Virus record (IMG/VR): IMGVR_UViG_3300032007_004072
Coordinates: 74,223 to 138,222 of that record
Length of the DNA: 64,000 nucleotides
Strand: one strand, 5' to 3'
Origin: a virus
Taxonomy: Duplodnaviria > Heunggongvirae > Uroviricota > Caudoviricetes
Below, piece by piece: positions 29,527-39,946 of the stretch; position 1 is the first letter of the stretch, and every line of letters begins with the position of its first letter. The translations under genes and the position numbers were made by a program. The notes beneath the pieces are model-generated. The model was not told where the DNA came from. It was given only the letters and a program-made list of their open reading frames with translations, and searched no databases.

Positions 29527-29832
29527 ATGGAGAATGGTATTGTTTTGACTTGTTTTGTAGGGGATTGGCTTGATTTTAGAAGTGCTTACCCTAACGCTAT
29601 GGAGGTTGATACGGCAAAGTTTAAAATCTATAATGGGGTATTTAATTTAAAATGGAATGAGTTGTCTGAAAATATTGCTGAATTTTTCAGTAAGCGTAAT
29701 AGTATTATTACTTGTATTAAAGATAATAAGATAACTTATCAAAAGCCTTATGGCTCATTTGACTCTTTAATTGTTTATTCTCCTGCCCTTAAGGGTAATG
29801 AGATTGTATTTACAGAAAAGGAAGTGTGCTAA
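29527..29832 (+). CDS. hypothetical protein
   Basis: ORF track; own promoter. Confidence 0.6.
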   Translation: MENGIVLTCFVGDWLDFRSAYPNAMEVDTAKFKIYNGVFNLKWNELSENIAEFFSKRNSIITCIKDNKITYQKPYGSFDSLIVYSPALKGNEIVFTEKEVC

Positions 29833-30300
29833 TTGGAATTTAAGGATATTGAGCAAGCGTATTTACATGATTTTGCCTACGATAATATTCAGCAGTATTT
29901 AAGAGATAATCATGCTAAGCTATTCTTTAAGAATAATAAGGTGCATAAGGCTTCACCTTTTGTATGTGGTGTTTTAGCAGGGATTATGGAATGTTACATA
30001 AGAGAAGCTAAGGATATTCCTTCTTGGCTCTATGAATATATTGGCAATAATCAAGATATGCTTATTGATATGTGTACGGATGAATGTATTGATTTTGCTA
30101 TGTATATGGAAAAATATGTAGATGAATTTTTTAATATAAAACATAGTTTTCATGTAGGCAAAACGCTCTATATAGATAGATATCATTGTATATTTACACT
30201 TTATCCTCATACTGAATTTGATTATTTTAAGTTCTTGGATGAATTTGAAAAACCTTTTTTAGCTATGCAAGGTAGTAAATTCTGTATAGAAATTATCTAA
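29833..30300 (+). CDS. hypothetical protein
   Basis: ORF track. Confidence 0.6.
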   Translation: MEFKDIEQAYLHDFAYDNIQQYLRDNHAKLFFKNNKVHKASPFVCGVLAGIMECYIREAKDIPSWLYEYIGNNQDMLIDMCTDECIDFAMYMEKYVDEFFNIKHSFHVGKTLYIDRYHCIFTLYPHTEFDYFKFLDEFEKPFLAMQGSKFCIEII

Positions 30301-30367
30301 ATTTGTGCTTGACATTACTTCCCCATTGTGATATACTTTAAGTACAGTAAAGAAAGGAGAGATTGAT

Positions 30368-30691
30368 ATGAGAGTAAACGCTAATAAACTTTATGAAGAT
30401 ATTTTAAGAAGATATGCAGAAGAATATTCTATGACAAAAACGGCTTTAGATGCATATGAAAAACTTGTGAATATTAAATTTACTGAAAAAACTTATGCTC
30501 AACTTGAGGTATTGCAGGAAGATAATAGATTAGCTTTTGATAAGTATACAGATATATTATCTGTTTGTGAACTTCAAAAAGATGAAGAAGAGGAACTACA
30601 GAAAATTATGGACACTAATAGCGAAGAAGTTATTCTAAACACTATTAAAATGTATTTAGAAGATATTGGTTTTGAGAGGGGGATGAATTAA
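30368..30691 (+). CDS. acidic hypothetical protein
   Basis: Own promoter; AGAAAGGAG RBS. Confidence 0.7.
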   Translation: MRVNANKLYEDILRRYAEEYSMTKTALDAYEKLVNIKFTEKTYAQLEVLQEDNRLAFDKYTDILSVCELQKDEEEELQKIMDTNSEEVILNTIKMYLEDIGFERGMN

Positions 30692-30692
30692 A

Positions 30693-31019
30693 ATGGCAAT
30701 TGTAAGTGATGTTGTATTTACTGTACATGGTTATGATTGGGCAGAATTTGCAGAAAATAATATGGATAATCCTTATGTTAAGGGTGCTAAAGTAACTTCT
30801 TATGCAAGAACTGACTTAGTTAATGTAATGTTTGAGGGTGTAAAATGGTATACTAAAGATGATTATATTGATGAAATTATAGTTTACTTTAATGACCATG
30901 ATTTTCTTCTTACCACTTTAGATGAAGATAATACTGTTTTTCAGCAAGACCATGTATCTGATGATAATATGATATCTGAATTTTGGGATTATGCCCCACA
31001 AGTTAAATTGGTTGTATAA
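30693..31019 (+). CDS. acidic hypothetical protein
   Basis: ORF track. Confidence 0.65.
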   Translation: MAIVSDVVFTVHGYDWAEFAENNMDNPYVKGAKVTSYARTDLVNVMFEGVKWYTKDDYIDEIIVYFNDHDFLLTTLDEDNTVFQQDHVSDDNMISEFWDYAPQVKLVV

Positions 31020-31607
31020 GGAGAGATTATAAATGTCATATATTAATATTAAAGCAATTCAAAATGGTAGAGATGATGATGTTATTGATGTTACAGGTGA
31101 TATGAGTCCACATGAAATTACTGACTTGTACTTTAACATTATCAGCCATATGGTAGAGTTTGATGATGAAGATGAAGTGTACTCACTTCTTCATATGCTT
31201 ATTCTATCCCATATGAAGGAGGAATAATCTTGGAAGTAATGATGTTTGGGAATGAGAAATATTCTTATGACAGGGATAGTCAAAGGGTATTTGTAGATAA
31301 TTATGAGAAGGGAACTCGTGCCGTATTTTGGCTTGAAAATGGAAATTTAATTCAGAAAACTAAAACAGGTTGTAATGCAGAAGGACTTATACTTTTGTAT
31401 AAAACTATAATTTGTGGTTGACAAGACTTTTAATATGTAGTATAATAAAGGAGAAATAAGAAATGGTTATTAAAGTTAAGGGCAAAGAATTTGATTTAAG
31501 AGACACGATTGAAGATGTTATGGATGACTACTTTGGTGAAGATGATGATTTTGCTTTTCACTTTGCCCTAGCAATGGAAGATTATTTAAGAAAGAAGGTT
31601 GATAACG

Positions 31608-31901
31608 ATGGCAAGTATTAAAGGTTTACCTAATTGGCGTGGTATTCGTGGTATTCGTTTTAACTTTGGTGGTGAGTGGTCTGATTCCTATTTGCTTTAC
31701 CATAGATACATTTTTAATGCAGATGATATTGAGGACGCATTATGGCAAATGTTTTGTGAAGAAACAGGGCATAAAGATAGTGAAGCTGACCTAAGTAAAG
31801 TTAATGAAGAATATAACATGTGGCTTAATGAGGATAATCGTGCTAAAAATTATTTAGATGATTGTATTCATGGTAGATGTTATATTGGGAGGTATCATTG
31901 A
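31608..31901 (+). CDS. WRGI-motif protein (paralog of 54674..54964)
   Basis: PNWRGI...DIEDALW...YLDDCI.G.CY; roughly half identical to paralog by eye. Confidence 0.75.
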   Translation: MASIKGLPNWRGIRGIRFNFGGEWSDSYLLYHRYIFNADDIEDALWQMFCEETGHKDSEADLSKVNEEYNMWLNEDNRAKNYLDDCIHGRCYIGRYH

Positions 31902-32203
31902 CTATGGAGATTTTCACTCTTGAACACCTTTATGATTTTCTTAGGCAAAAGCATGGAGATGAATTTGTAGAACTTGCACAAAGACTTATTGAAGAAGATG
32001 TTTCACGTGCAACAGGAAAACTCATGGATAACATTGATATTTATGAAGATGGTTTTGAAGATGCCTTAGATATAATTAAGGAATATGAGAAAAAATATCC
32101 TAAGATTGATTATGATGATAGCCATATAGAAGAAGCTAATAAACTTAGTAAAGCTATTTACATGTGGGCATATAATAATTATTATGCAGATGTAGGAGAT
32201 TAA
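31877..32203 (+). CDS. hypothetical protein (paralog of 32207..32542)
   Basis: Shared IDIY..GFE.AL...NYYA.(V/I)G. Confidence 0.7.
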   Translation: MLYWEVSLTMEIFTLEHLYDFLRQKHGDEFVELAQRLIEEDVSRATGKLMDNIDIYEDGFEDALDIIKEYEKKYPKIDYDDSHIEEANKLSKAIYMWAYNNYYADVGD

Positions 32204-32206
32204 ATT

Positions 32207-32542
32207 ATGTATGTAAATGATTTGGATGGGTTTTATGAACTCATCAAAGAAAGTTTTGGACAAGAAAAAGCTGACCTTTTTGTAGAACTTATAGGCGAAA
32301 GAATTATACAGGAAACTAGCAAACTAAAAGAGCAGATTGATATTTATTCTCGTGGATTTGAGCAAGCATTATTTCATAAAGAATTTCATGAACGTATGAG
32401 TGGAGAAATTTACGACCATTTAGATAGTGAAGATATAATTAAAGCGGAAGTATTGAACTATAAAATATATAGAGATTATGATAACCCTAATTACTATGCA
32501 AGAATAGGAGAGTATCACCATGAAAACGCTGAATATTTATGA
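32207..32542 (+). CDS. hypothetical protein
   Basis: ORF track. Confidence 0.7.
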   Translation: MYVNDLDGFYELIKESFGQEKADLFVELIGERIIQETSKLKEQIDIYSRGFEQALFHKEFHERMSGEIYDHLDSEDIIKAEVLNYKIYRDYDNPNYYARIGEYHHENAEYL

Positions 32543-33065
32543 CTTTGACGAACTTACCGAAGATGTGCGGAGAGAAGTATTAAATAGAATTGTTAAAAGT
32601 GATGATTATGCTTTAGATATGCGTATTGCACTAAAGGATTTTCTCGATGAAGAAATATACGACATTGGTGGTGGGTTTGTCACTAATGAGCGTGAATGTG
32701 TTATTACAGATGTAGTAAACTTTCTTGATGAAATTTATCGTTACGATAATAAACATGATACGGAATTAAATGTACAACTTAATTGTGCATGTGCTTGGGA
32801 ACATATGGGTAAAATTACCATTAGTGACTATCTTACTAATGTAGGTATTGAAACCTTTTTAGATAATCCTAATTTCAATTTTCTTATTGAAGAATTTAGG
32901 GAAGATATTAAGTATTGGCTTGGAAATATTAAAAAAGAATTAAAGGAGAAAGAAGAAAAGTTTATTAAGGATTATAAATCAAGGAATTGCCTTGAAGATT
33001 ATATTTATAAGCATGACCTAATGTTTACTAAAGATGGAGAGGATGTTAAAATTGGAGCAGACTAA
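32520..33065 (+). CDS. acidic protein of FDELSE...FTEDG family
   Basis: Y.FDEL.E start, FT.DGE end; paralogs 33361 and 35789. Confidence 0.7.
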   Translation: MKTLNIYDFDELTEDVRREVLNRIVKSDDYALDMRIALKDFLDEEIYDIGGGFVTNERECVITDVVNFLDEIYRYDNKHDTELNVQLNCACAWEHMGKITISDYLTNVGIETFLDNPNFNFLIEEFREDIKYWLGNIKKELKEKEEKFIKDYKSRNCLEDYIYKHDLMFTKDGEDVKIGAD

Positions 33066-33357
33066 ATATTGTAAAGAATGTGGTAAACCTTTTGAAGCTA
33101 CACATGGAAATCAGAAACTTTGTAGCTATTGTAGATATCATATGAGCGAAATTCGCCGTAAAAAGAATATCGGTAAAGTTAAAGATAGAAAGAAGAAACT
33201 AGGTATTAGGGCTTCATATCTTTATAATGAAGATATAGATTTAGTTAAGAAGATTAAAAATAGTGATGAAACTATTGCAGATGTATTTCATAAGATTTTA
33301 TATTATTACATGGAAAATAAGGGAATTGTTGTAGATACTATTCTTAAGGGGGAATAA
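33034..33357 (+). CDS. zinc-ribbon plus RHH-like protein
   Basis: CKECGKPF...LCSYC; paralog of 54333..54593. Confidence 0.7.
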   Translation: MERMLKLEQTKYCKECGKPFEATHGNQKLCSYCRYHMSEIRRKKNIGKVKDRKKKLGIRASYLYNEDIDLVKKIKNSDETIADVFHKILYYYMENKGIVVDTILKGE

Positions 33358-33360
33358 CTT

Positions 33361-33888
33361 ATGGGGACTTTAGTTACGTATACTATTGATGAATTATCCG
33401 ATGAAGCAAAAGCTATTGCGCTTCAAAATGTAAAGGATTCTACTTCATACAAGGCTTATTATAGTGCAGAATTTAATTCTTTTTCAGATAGAGTTTTTGG
33501 TGAAGAAAGCAACGAACTTTTAGAAAATAATGCTGAATATACTATTACTGATACTGATATTCTTATTAGTTCTGTATATGAAGATGGTAGTGGGGATGGT
33601 AGTGCTATTCTTAGCACACTCTATTCTATGTATATTTTAGGTGATGTATCAGTATATGAAAATCAAACTTTTACAGTAAAAGTTAATTATGATACTGAAC
33701 CTATTAGAGAACTTGTAAATACTTTTCAAGAAGATATTAAAACATGGGCTAATGGTGTATTGGATAAAGTTGGAATTCGGCAGGAAGAATTTACAGAAGA
33801 ATTTTTCTCTGATTATACTGTAACACAATATATTCGTGAAAATAATTATATCTTTACGGAAGATGGGCAAAGAATTTACATTAACTGA
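33361..33888 (+). CDS. acidic protein of FDELSE...FTEDG family
   Basis: YTIDELSDEAK...YIFTEDG. Confidence 0.7.
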   Translation: MGTLVTYTIDELSDEAKAIALQNVKDSTSYKAYYSAEFNSFSDRVFGEESNELLENNAEYTITDTDILISSVYEDGSGDGSAILSTLYSMYILGDVSVYENQTFTVKVNYDTEPIRELVNTFQEDIKTWANGVLDKVGIRQEEFTEEFFSDYTVTQYIRENNYIFTEDGQRIYIN

Positions 33889-33947
33889 TTGACATATAGT
33901 TTTAAGTATGTTATACTATAGTCAAGATAAAGAAAGGAAGTGCTAAT

Positions 33948-34346
33948 ATGTTTAGCGAAGAACTTAAAGAAAGACTTGAAGAAATGAAAGCTATTGATGC
34001 AATGTATAAGGAGGTTATTGAAGAACTTGTACAAGATGAATACACAGACAAAGACTTCTATAACATTGTAAATGATATTTCTTCTCATGGCTGTAAGAGT
34101 GGTATTGTAACTTCTATGATTAACTATGAAGATACTGTAAAATTCTATGAACGCCATAAATATATTATCAATGGTTATCTTAGTGAACATTGGCAGAATA
34201 CAGGTTGTGAAAGCATTAAAGAAATCTTTAGGGACTTCGATGACGATGACCTTCTTTGCCTTGATGTACACAATTAGAATTTACTTGCATGGTATGGTTA
34301 TGAGTATGTAGTATCTGACCTTCTTACCATGATGGAGGAAATGTAA
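33948..34346 (+). pseudogene. acidic phage protein with one internal amber (TAG 34275)
   Basis: Frame continues HN*NLLAWYGYE...MEEM* to TAA 34344, next to the following ATG 34348. Confidence 0.65.
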
Positions 34347-34347
34347 T

Positions 34348-34620
34348 ATGGTTTATGTAGTATTACATGAAAATGAAATTTGTTTTATTGCTGATAATGA
34401 GCATGATATTCTTAAATATTTAGACCTTACAGATGGTACAGGCTATACTCATGCAGGATTTACTGAAGAGTTAGGTATTGACCCTTATGTGTGGCTAGAC
34501 AATGGTCATATTATTGATGATATTTCAGAGTTTCTTGATAATGATTATTATGTGACTCAATATCATCTTAACTATGATTATAGACACGATTCTCCCTATT
34601 TTTTGAAGGAGATTAAATAA
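34348..34620 (+). CDS. acidic hypothetical protein
   Basis: ORF track; GGAGG RBS. Confidence 0.65.
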   Translation: MVYVVLHENEICFIADNEHDILKYLDLTDGTGYTHAGFTEELGIDPYVWLDNGHIIDDISEFLDNDYYVTQYHLNYDYRHDSPYFLKEIK

Positions 34621-34712
34621 AATTAGCAGGGAGAAATCCCTGCTTTTTTCATATTTACTATTGACATTACTTTAGATTTATGTTAATATATAACTATAGA
34701 AAGGAGATAGAC

Positions 34713-35321
34713 ATGGATAAGATAGTTGTAAAAATGAAAGATTTAGCTAAAATTGATGCTTGGAAAAATGCAGAAAAGAGAAGCATTGAAGAATATTGCC
34801 ATCACTTTAATCCTCCATTTAAGGATATTGAAGTATATATTGTAGAAACTAACTTAGGATTAAAATGTTATAATAAAGGTACTTATGTTAATATTTATCC
34901 TATGATAGATAATCAAAGTTGTGGCAATTATAGGGTAAGATTAACGGATATGAAGGTCATTAAAAATAAGACTAAGACTTTACAGAATACTGATATTCCT
35001 ATAGACACACTAAATCAGCTTGCTACTTTTTATGTATTGCTTATGGTATATATAGCAACTTATAAAAAATCTATTGAACCACAAAAAGCCAAAGTAGAAA
35101 ATAAGCATGTAGGAAATAAGAAGAAAAAGAATAAACCACGTTATACTTATATTTTCAATAGTAGCTATAGTAGTGAGTATAAAGGTGGACACCACGCTAG
35201 TCCATCTTATGCTTTTAAGGTAAGGGGACATTATAGACATCTTAAAAATGGTAAGAAAATTTGGGTAAGAGAGTATACTAAAGGAGAAGGAAAAGCAAAA
35301 GAAAGGATGTATAGACTATGA
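34713..35321 (+). CDS. hypothetical protein with VRGHYR motif
   Basis: HASP...VRGHYRHLKNGKKIWVREY.KG pattern common in phage proteins. Confidence 0.72.
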   Translation: MDKIVVKMKDLAKIDAWKNAEKRSIEEYCHHFNPPFKDIEVYIVETNLGLKCYNKGTYVNIYPMIDNQSCGNYRVRLTDMKVIKNKTKTLQNTDIPIDTLNQLATFYVLLMVYIATYKKSIEPQKAKVENKHVGNKKKKNKPRYTYIFNSSYSSEYKGGHHASPSYAFKVRGHYRHLKNGKKIWVREYTKGEGKAKERMYRL

Positions 35322-35788
35322 TTGTACTTCATATTGAAAGTGAAAACTATGATACCAATGAGATTAAAAAAGAGTGTGTTGTAGTAGATAAAGTTACAAA
35401 AAAGTTTATTGACGATTATATTTCTAATAATTATTTTCAATATACTTATGCAGATGTTAGAGGTAGTGCGGTAACTTATAGAACTCTTAGTAAATGTGCC
35501 ATTGTTACGGCTTTTAAGCCTACATATATTAAAGGAGAGATTGTGTCATGAATAAGATAATTAATCAGATTAGGATTATTGACCATAGCGGTAAAGTAGA
35601 TATGCTTGACCCAAAAGAAGTTCAATTAGTGGCTTTTAATATGCGATTTTATGAACTTGTAGATTATATTGCCCAAAATCAAAATCAATATTTACGCACT
35701 CTTTTTCAAATTAGGGATTGACTTTCGCCCCATTCTTTGATATAATAAAATCATAAGATAAGTACTTCGATTAAAAGGAGAGATAAAA

Positions 35789-36367
35789 ATGAGATATATT
35801 ACTATTAAAGCCTTCAAGTTTGATGAATTGTCTGAAAAGGCTAAAGAAAATGCTCGTGAAAACTATCGTAGGGAATGTGAATGTGACCAACTTCCTTGGG
35901 CAGATGAAAATAGTGAAAGTATTCGCAAAATTTGTGAAGCACTTAACTGTAGCTATGAAATTGATAACTATAATCATTGTTTTCTTACTTTTCAAGGGGA
36001 AGATGAAGTATTAACTCTTAAAGGTGCAAGAGCCTATAAATATGTGTGGAATAACTTTATTGAACCTAATCTAAAGGGTAAGTATATTAGTAATGGGCAT
36101 AAAAATTATTACAGTAAAGTAACTAAAGAATTTAATTGTCCATTTACAGGATATTGTGCAGATATGCTTTTACTTGACGCTTTTAATGTGTGGAAAGATG
36201 ATTTAAGAGAATTTGAAACTGCTGTAGAATGTTTCTTAAATCGTGTTGGCTATGCTATTGAAAATTTCTTAGATAGTGAAGAAGAATATTATGATAGTGA
36301 TGAGTATGTAGAAGATATGATTATTGCAAATGATTATGAATTTACAGAGGATGGTGAAATTCTATGA
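35789..36367 (+). CDS. acidic protein of FDELSE...FTEDG family
   Basis: FKFDELSEKAKENA...CPFTGYC.D...NDYEFTEDGE. Confidence 0.75.
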   Translation: MRYITIKAFKFDELSEKAKENARENYRRECECDQLPWADENSESIRKICEALNCSYEIDNYNHCFLTFQGEDEVLTLKGARAYKYVWNNFIEPNLKGKYISNGHKNYYSKVTKEFNCPFTGYCADMLLLDAFNVWKDDLREFETAVECFLNRVGYAIENFLDSEEEYYDSDEYVEDMIIANDYEFTEDGEIL

Positions 36368-36633
36368 GAATAATGCACATGAAAAATCATCTTGGACATA
36401 TTAGTAAAAATAATATGATTATAGAGCATGATTGTAAGTTATATATGGTTAGCTACGATGAAGTAGTTATAGTTAAAAATGGGCATAATGTGGCGGTAAA
36501 AAAGAGCGCAAAAGAAAAGAGTAAAACTACAAGCAGATTTATAGGATATTTCCTAAAAAGATATTGTCAACTTTGCAACTTAGAAGCTATAGAGTGGATG
36601 GGGGATGAAGAATTTGATTTACTATGTAGGTAA
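36364..36633 (+). CDS. hypothetical protein (similar to 45551..45817)
   Basis: SY.E.(V/I) ... S.(T/S)T.(R/K) pattern. Confidence 0.65.
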   Translation: MRIMHMKNHLGHISKNNMIIEHDCKLYMVSYDEVVIVKNGHNVAVKKSAKEKSKTTSRFIGYFLKRYCQLCNLEAIEWMGDEEFDLLCR

Positions 36634-36828
36634 TGCAGGAAAAATCATTAACCATAATCTTAAAGGTCACTTTTATATAAGTAAAGGAGAAATCTTTACA
36701 GAAAAAGAACTTGTAGCAAAAAAGATTTGCAGAGAAGGTTTTACTATGATTGAAACTTCCAAAAATAATACCTATAAACTTTTTGGAGAAAGGTATATTA
36801 TTGATGATATGAAAGTGAGGAAAATAAA

Positions 36829-37044
36829 ATGAAAGAGATTTTAGAAGAACTTAAAATACCATATACTATGCAAGGTGTAGACTACTATGTATTAGGTAAT
36901 GGCAGAGAAATCTATCAAGATGGAAATACTGTATACTTTTGGTGTAAAACTACTTTAGTCAAGAAGAATATTCGTCAAAAGACTATCAAGCGTATTGTAA
37001 GAGCCTATGCGCGAGGACGCAGAATCGAATGTGGGGAATGGTAA
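36829..37044 (+). CDS. hypothetical protein
   Basis: ORF track. Confidence 0.6.
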   Translation: MKEILEELKIPYTMQGVDYYVLGNGREIYQDGNTVYFWCKTTLVKKNIRQKTIKRIVRAYARGRRIECGEW

Positions 37045-37213
37045 TTATGATTTATAGCGCAGAAGAAGAAGCTAAAATCCTAGATACTAAAATGATTAAC
37101 TTTAGGACAAGGAAACTTCTAAAAGATTTTCTTAGCTATTACGAAATTGAATATGATAAAAGAAAATTGAATAAAGTAGACATTCATGCAATTAAAACGA
37201 TAGGAGAATTATT

Positions 37214-37579
37214 ATGCCGTATCTAACTATCAGAAAAGAAGTATCGTCTTTTGAATTGACCTTAGAACTTGAAGGAAAAGCCTTAGAGTATGCTGATACT
37301 ATGTATGACTATAATATTTTAGATGACTTTGTACAGGACATGGGGGATTATTTTGAAGGTAAATATCCTTCCATTGAAGAGGTTAGTGACTATATCCTTT
37401 CTAATGCTAATGAGTATATTATCCTTAATAGACCTATCTATACTTTTGAGGATAAGGCAGAAATTGAAGTACACCTAATCAAGAATCATATTCCATATAG
37501 TGAAGAAAAACTAGCAAAGGTTGACGTTGATAACTATTCTAATATAGCTGAACTGAAAGAAGATATTTTGCCGTGGTAA
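37214..37579 (+). CDS. acidic protein (paralog of 47323..47673)
   Basis: Shared EDK......Y.E......D.D.YS.I.E C-terminal module. Confidence 0.65.
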   Translation: MPYLTIRKEVSSFELTLELEGKALEYADTMYDYNILDDFVQDMGDYFEGKYPSIEEVSDYILSNANEYIILNRPIYTFEDKAEIEVHLIKNHIPYSEEKLAKVDVDNYSNIAELKEDILPW

Positions 37580-37628
37580 ATATATACCCCATTTTATTGG
37601 GGTTTATATTTTATTGTATAAAATTAAG

Positions 37629-37669
37629 TTATCCACAATAAAATGCAGTTATCCACATAGTTATCCACA
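37629..37669 (+). promoter_or_regulatory. three perfect DnaA boxes (TTATCCACA)
   Basis: Exact consensus at 37629, 37649, 37661; intergenic, co-oriented, just upstream of a TTGACA promoter. Confidence 0.8.
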
Positions 37670-37702
37670 GGCTAAAAAATAATTTGACAAATATAAAAAT
37701 CT

Positions 37703-38209
37703 ATGCTATATTATGTAATAGAAAAAGTTAATGTAGAGAGGGTTTTGGAAGTGAGAGCAATCATAGTAGGCAGGGAAAGATTAACGATTAGGGAATATTG
37801 CCGTAGGCATGGGCTGAATCCGCATAGGGTATATAACTATAAGAAAAAGCATAATCTAAGCTATGAGGAAGTAATACGGCGATATGAGGAAGGAGAAATT
37901 ACCCAAAGAAGGGCATATGAAATAGAGGGATTAAGCCTAAAGGAATATTGCAGAAAAGAAGGATTATCCTATAGTGCTATATATAGCTATATGCAACGCC
38001 ATAAGGTAAGTGCAGAAGAAGCCTTAGAAGTATATAAAGGTACAGGAAATAGAAACACTTATTATTACATAGAAGGAATGAGTTTAAGAGCATGGTGTAT
38101 AAAGCATAAAAGCTATAATGATTATAGAGGTATTTTATACTATAAGAAAGAGCATAATTGTAGTGTAGAAGAAGCGGTGAGAGGGTATTATGATAATCGA
38201 AACGAATGA
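37703..38209 (+). CDS. tandem HTH-repeat protein (nuclease-less relative of the HNH genes)
   Basis: Three repeats of G.SL.(E/A)(Y/W)C...Y..I..Y...H..S.EEA...Y. Confidence 0.7.
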   Translation: MLYYVIEKVNVERVLEVRAIIVGRERLTIREYCRRHGLNPHRVYNYKKKHNLSYEEVIRRYEEGEITQRRAYEIEGLSLKEYCRKEGLSYSAIYSYMQRHKVSAEEALEVYKGTGNRNTYYYIEGMSLRAWCIKHKSYNDYRGILYYKKEHNCSVEEAVRGYYDNRNE

Positions 38210-38585
38210 TATGTTATATAGTCTAAAAGAATATTGTGATTGTTATCATCTTCCCTATGATACTATAAATGCCTATAGAGCAAATCATAAAGAATTATCA
38301 ACTATGGAAGCAATAGAAGCATGGAAGAAGATGAAAAGAAAGCAAAAAGAAGTAAAAGAATTTTGCAGACTATATGATATAAGCACACAAACATATAGAA
38401 GAAAACTAAAGATAATGACAAAGGAAGAGTTAGCGGAAGAAATAAAAGAAAATAAGATATACTATAAAGGTCAATATATAGCTATAAGTAAGTATTGTAG
38501 AGTAAATGGTATAAGCTATAAAAAGATAGGAAGTAGAGCGCAAAGAGAAGGAAGAAGCATAAAAGAAGTAGTATTAGAAGAATAA
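38190..38585 (+). CDS. tandem HTH-repeat protein
   Basis: SLKEYCD...Y..I..YR...EAI; ISKYCR.NGISY. Confidence 0.68.
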   Translation: MIIETNDMLYSLKEYCDCYHLPYDTINAYRANHKELSTMEAIEAWKKMKRKQKEVKEFCRLYDISTQTYRRKLKIMTKEELAEEIKENKIYYKGQYIAISKYCRVNGISYKKIGSRAQREGRSIKEVVLEE

Positions 38586-38761
38586 AAATTTTAGGGGGAG
38601 AATCAAAAAAGAAAAGGAGGTGATTATATAAAAAAGATTTTAAAATTTGGGCAGAGAAAAGAAGAGAGAAAGAATGGGAATATAAGTTATAATAGTATAA
38701 GATAATAAATATATAAAACTAGAATAAGTATTATTATAGACACTATTATTAATAAAAATAA

Positions 38762-38902
38762 TTGCTAAAAATAGATGATAAAATCTAGTATATATATTTG
38801 GCAAAAATAAAAGGTAAACTTAAATTGGCAAAAATAAATGGTAAAACTAGTAAATTGATAAAAATATAAGGTATATTGGCAAAAATAGATGGTAAAACCT
38901 AC
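38762..38902 (+). repeat. five iteron-like direct repeats TTGGCAAAAATA(G/A)ATGGTAAA
   Basis: Imperfect copies at 38762, 38798, 38825, 38855, 38876 in a ~750-bp AT-rich gene-free gap. Confidence 0.72.
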
Positions 38903-39619
38903 GGCGTTTCTCACTACAACAAACAATAACAACAACAAATAACAGTAATTACAGAGGCATTGCACACAATACAATACAATATTCTAACAACTAGAATATT
39001 CAGTCTATGTCAGAATATTCAAATTAATGGACAAATTCTTTATTATGCTGAACACAATAATAAATTGTTCGATACTATTTATTCTTATTTAATTTAGCAC
39101 AATAAAATGTGTCTCCATATAAGGGGGGTAGTATTATTTATTTGTATTGTTTTTAGTATACTAAATAATTTTTTTTCATATTATTTTCATAAATTAAATT
39201 GTATGCAATCAAACGCTAAAGTTGTCTGATAATCTAAATATTCAGACAACTTACTTAAATAGACAGATAATTCAGTTTATCAGACAACTCTTTTTTTGAC
39301 CTATAAAAATTATAGTATTGACATTATAGCTATATTATAGTATACTATATATAGAGGTGATAAATAATGAAAATTACATTTGAGTCTAAAGACTATCCTA
39401 AAAAGACTATAGAGGTTAAAAGTAAATATAGTATTAGGGCTTTAATTTGGGATTTATATGATAAGCATATTGATAGTGTTATTAAGGTTAATAATAATAA
39501 ATATTTAGCTGATGATATTACTTGTATTATAGAGAAATAACTTCTTTTTCTTTTTACCGCCAACCTATTGACAATACTATTGGTATATGCTATACTATAT
39601 ATAGAAAGGAGAGGTACTT

Positions 39620-39898
39620 ATGAAAGTATTACTTAAGTCATTAAAAGAACTTAAATTAGAATATGGTATTGAAGAAATAAATGGCTATTTAATTATTGGT
39701 AGTGGTGTTGTAGCTACTGATATGGTTAAATTATTTGGTAAGGTAGTAGAAGCTAAATATGATAAGGTATCTGATTCTTATGTTATTTATGATTGGTATT
39801 TTCATCCTAATTTTGTTAAAGGTGAAGTTATTAATGAAGAAACTATTTATACTATTAAAAGACTTAATGATGGTATTGAATACACTCTTTCTTTTTAA
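39620..39898 (+). CDS. hypothetical protein (paralog of 42323..42523)
   Basis: LK(S/T).KEL..EYG......M..L.G.V...W.F.P. Confidence 0.68.
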   Translation: MKVLLKSLKELKLEYGIEEINGYLIIGSGVVATDMVKLFGKVVEAKYDKVSDSYVIYDWYFHPNFVKGEVINEETIYTIKRLNDGIEYTLSF

Positions 39899-39946
39899 TT
39901 CTTTCCCGCCCCACTTAAAATTTATTATATATTATATAGGAAGGAA

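Noticed and set aside
38762-38902. Possible CRISPR array
   Set aside because: Repeats are degenerate, nearly abutting (21-36 nt period) and lack unique spacers; no cas genes in the window.
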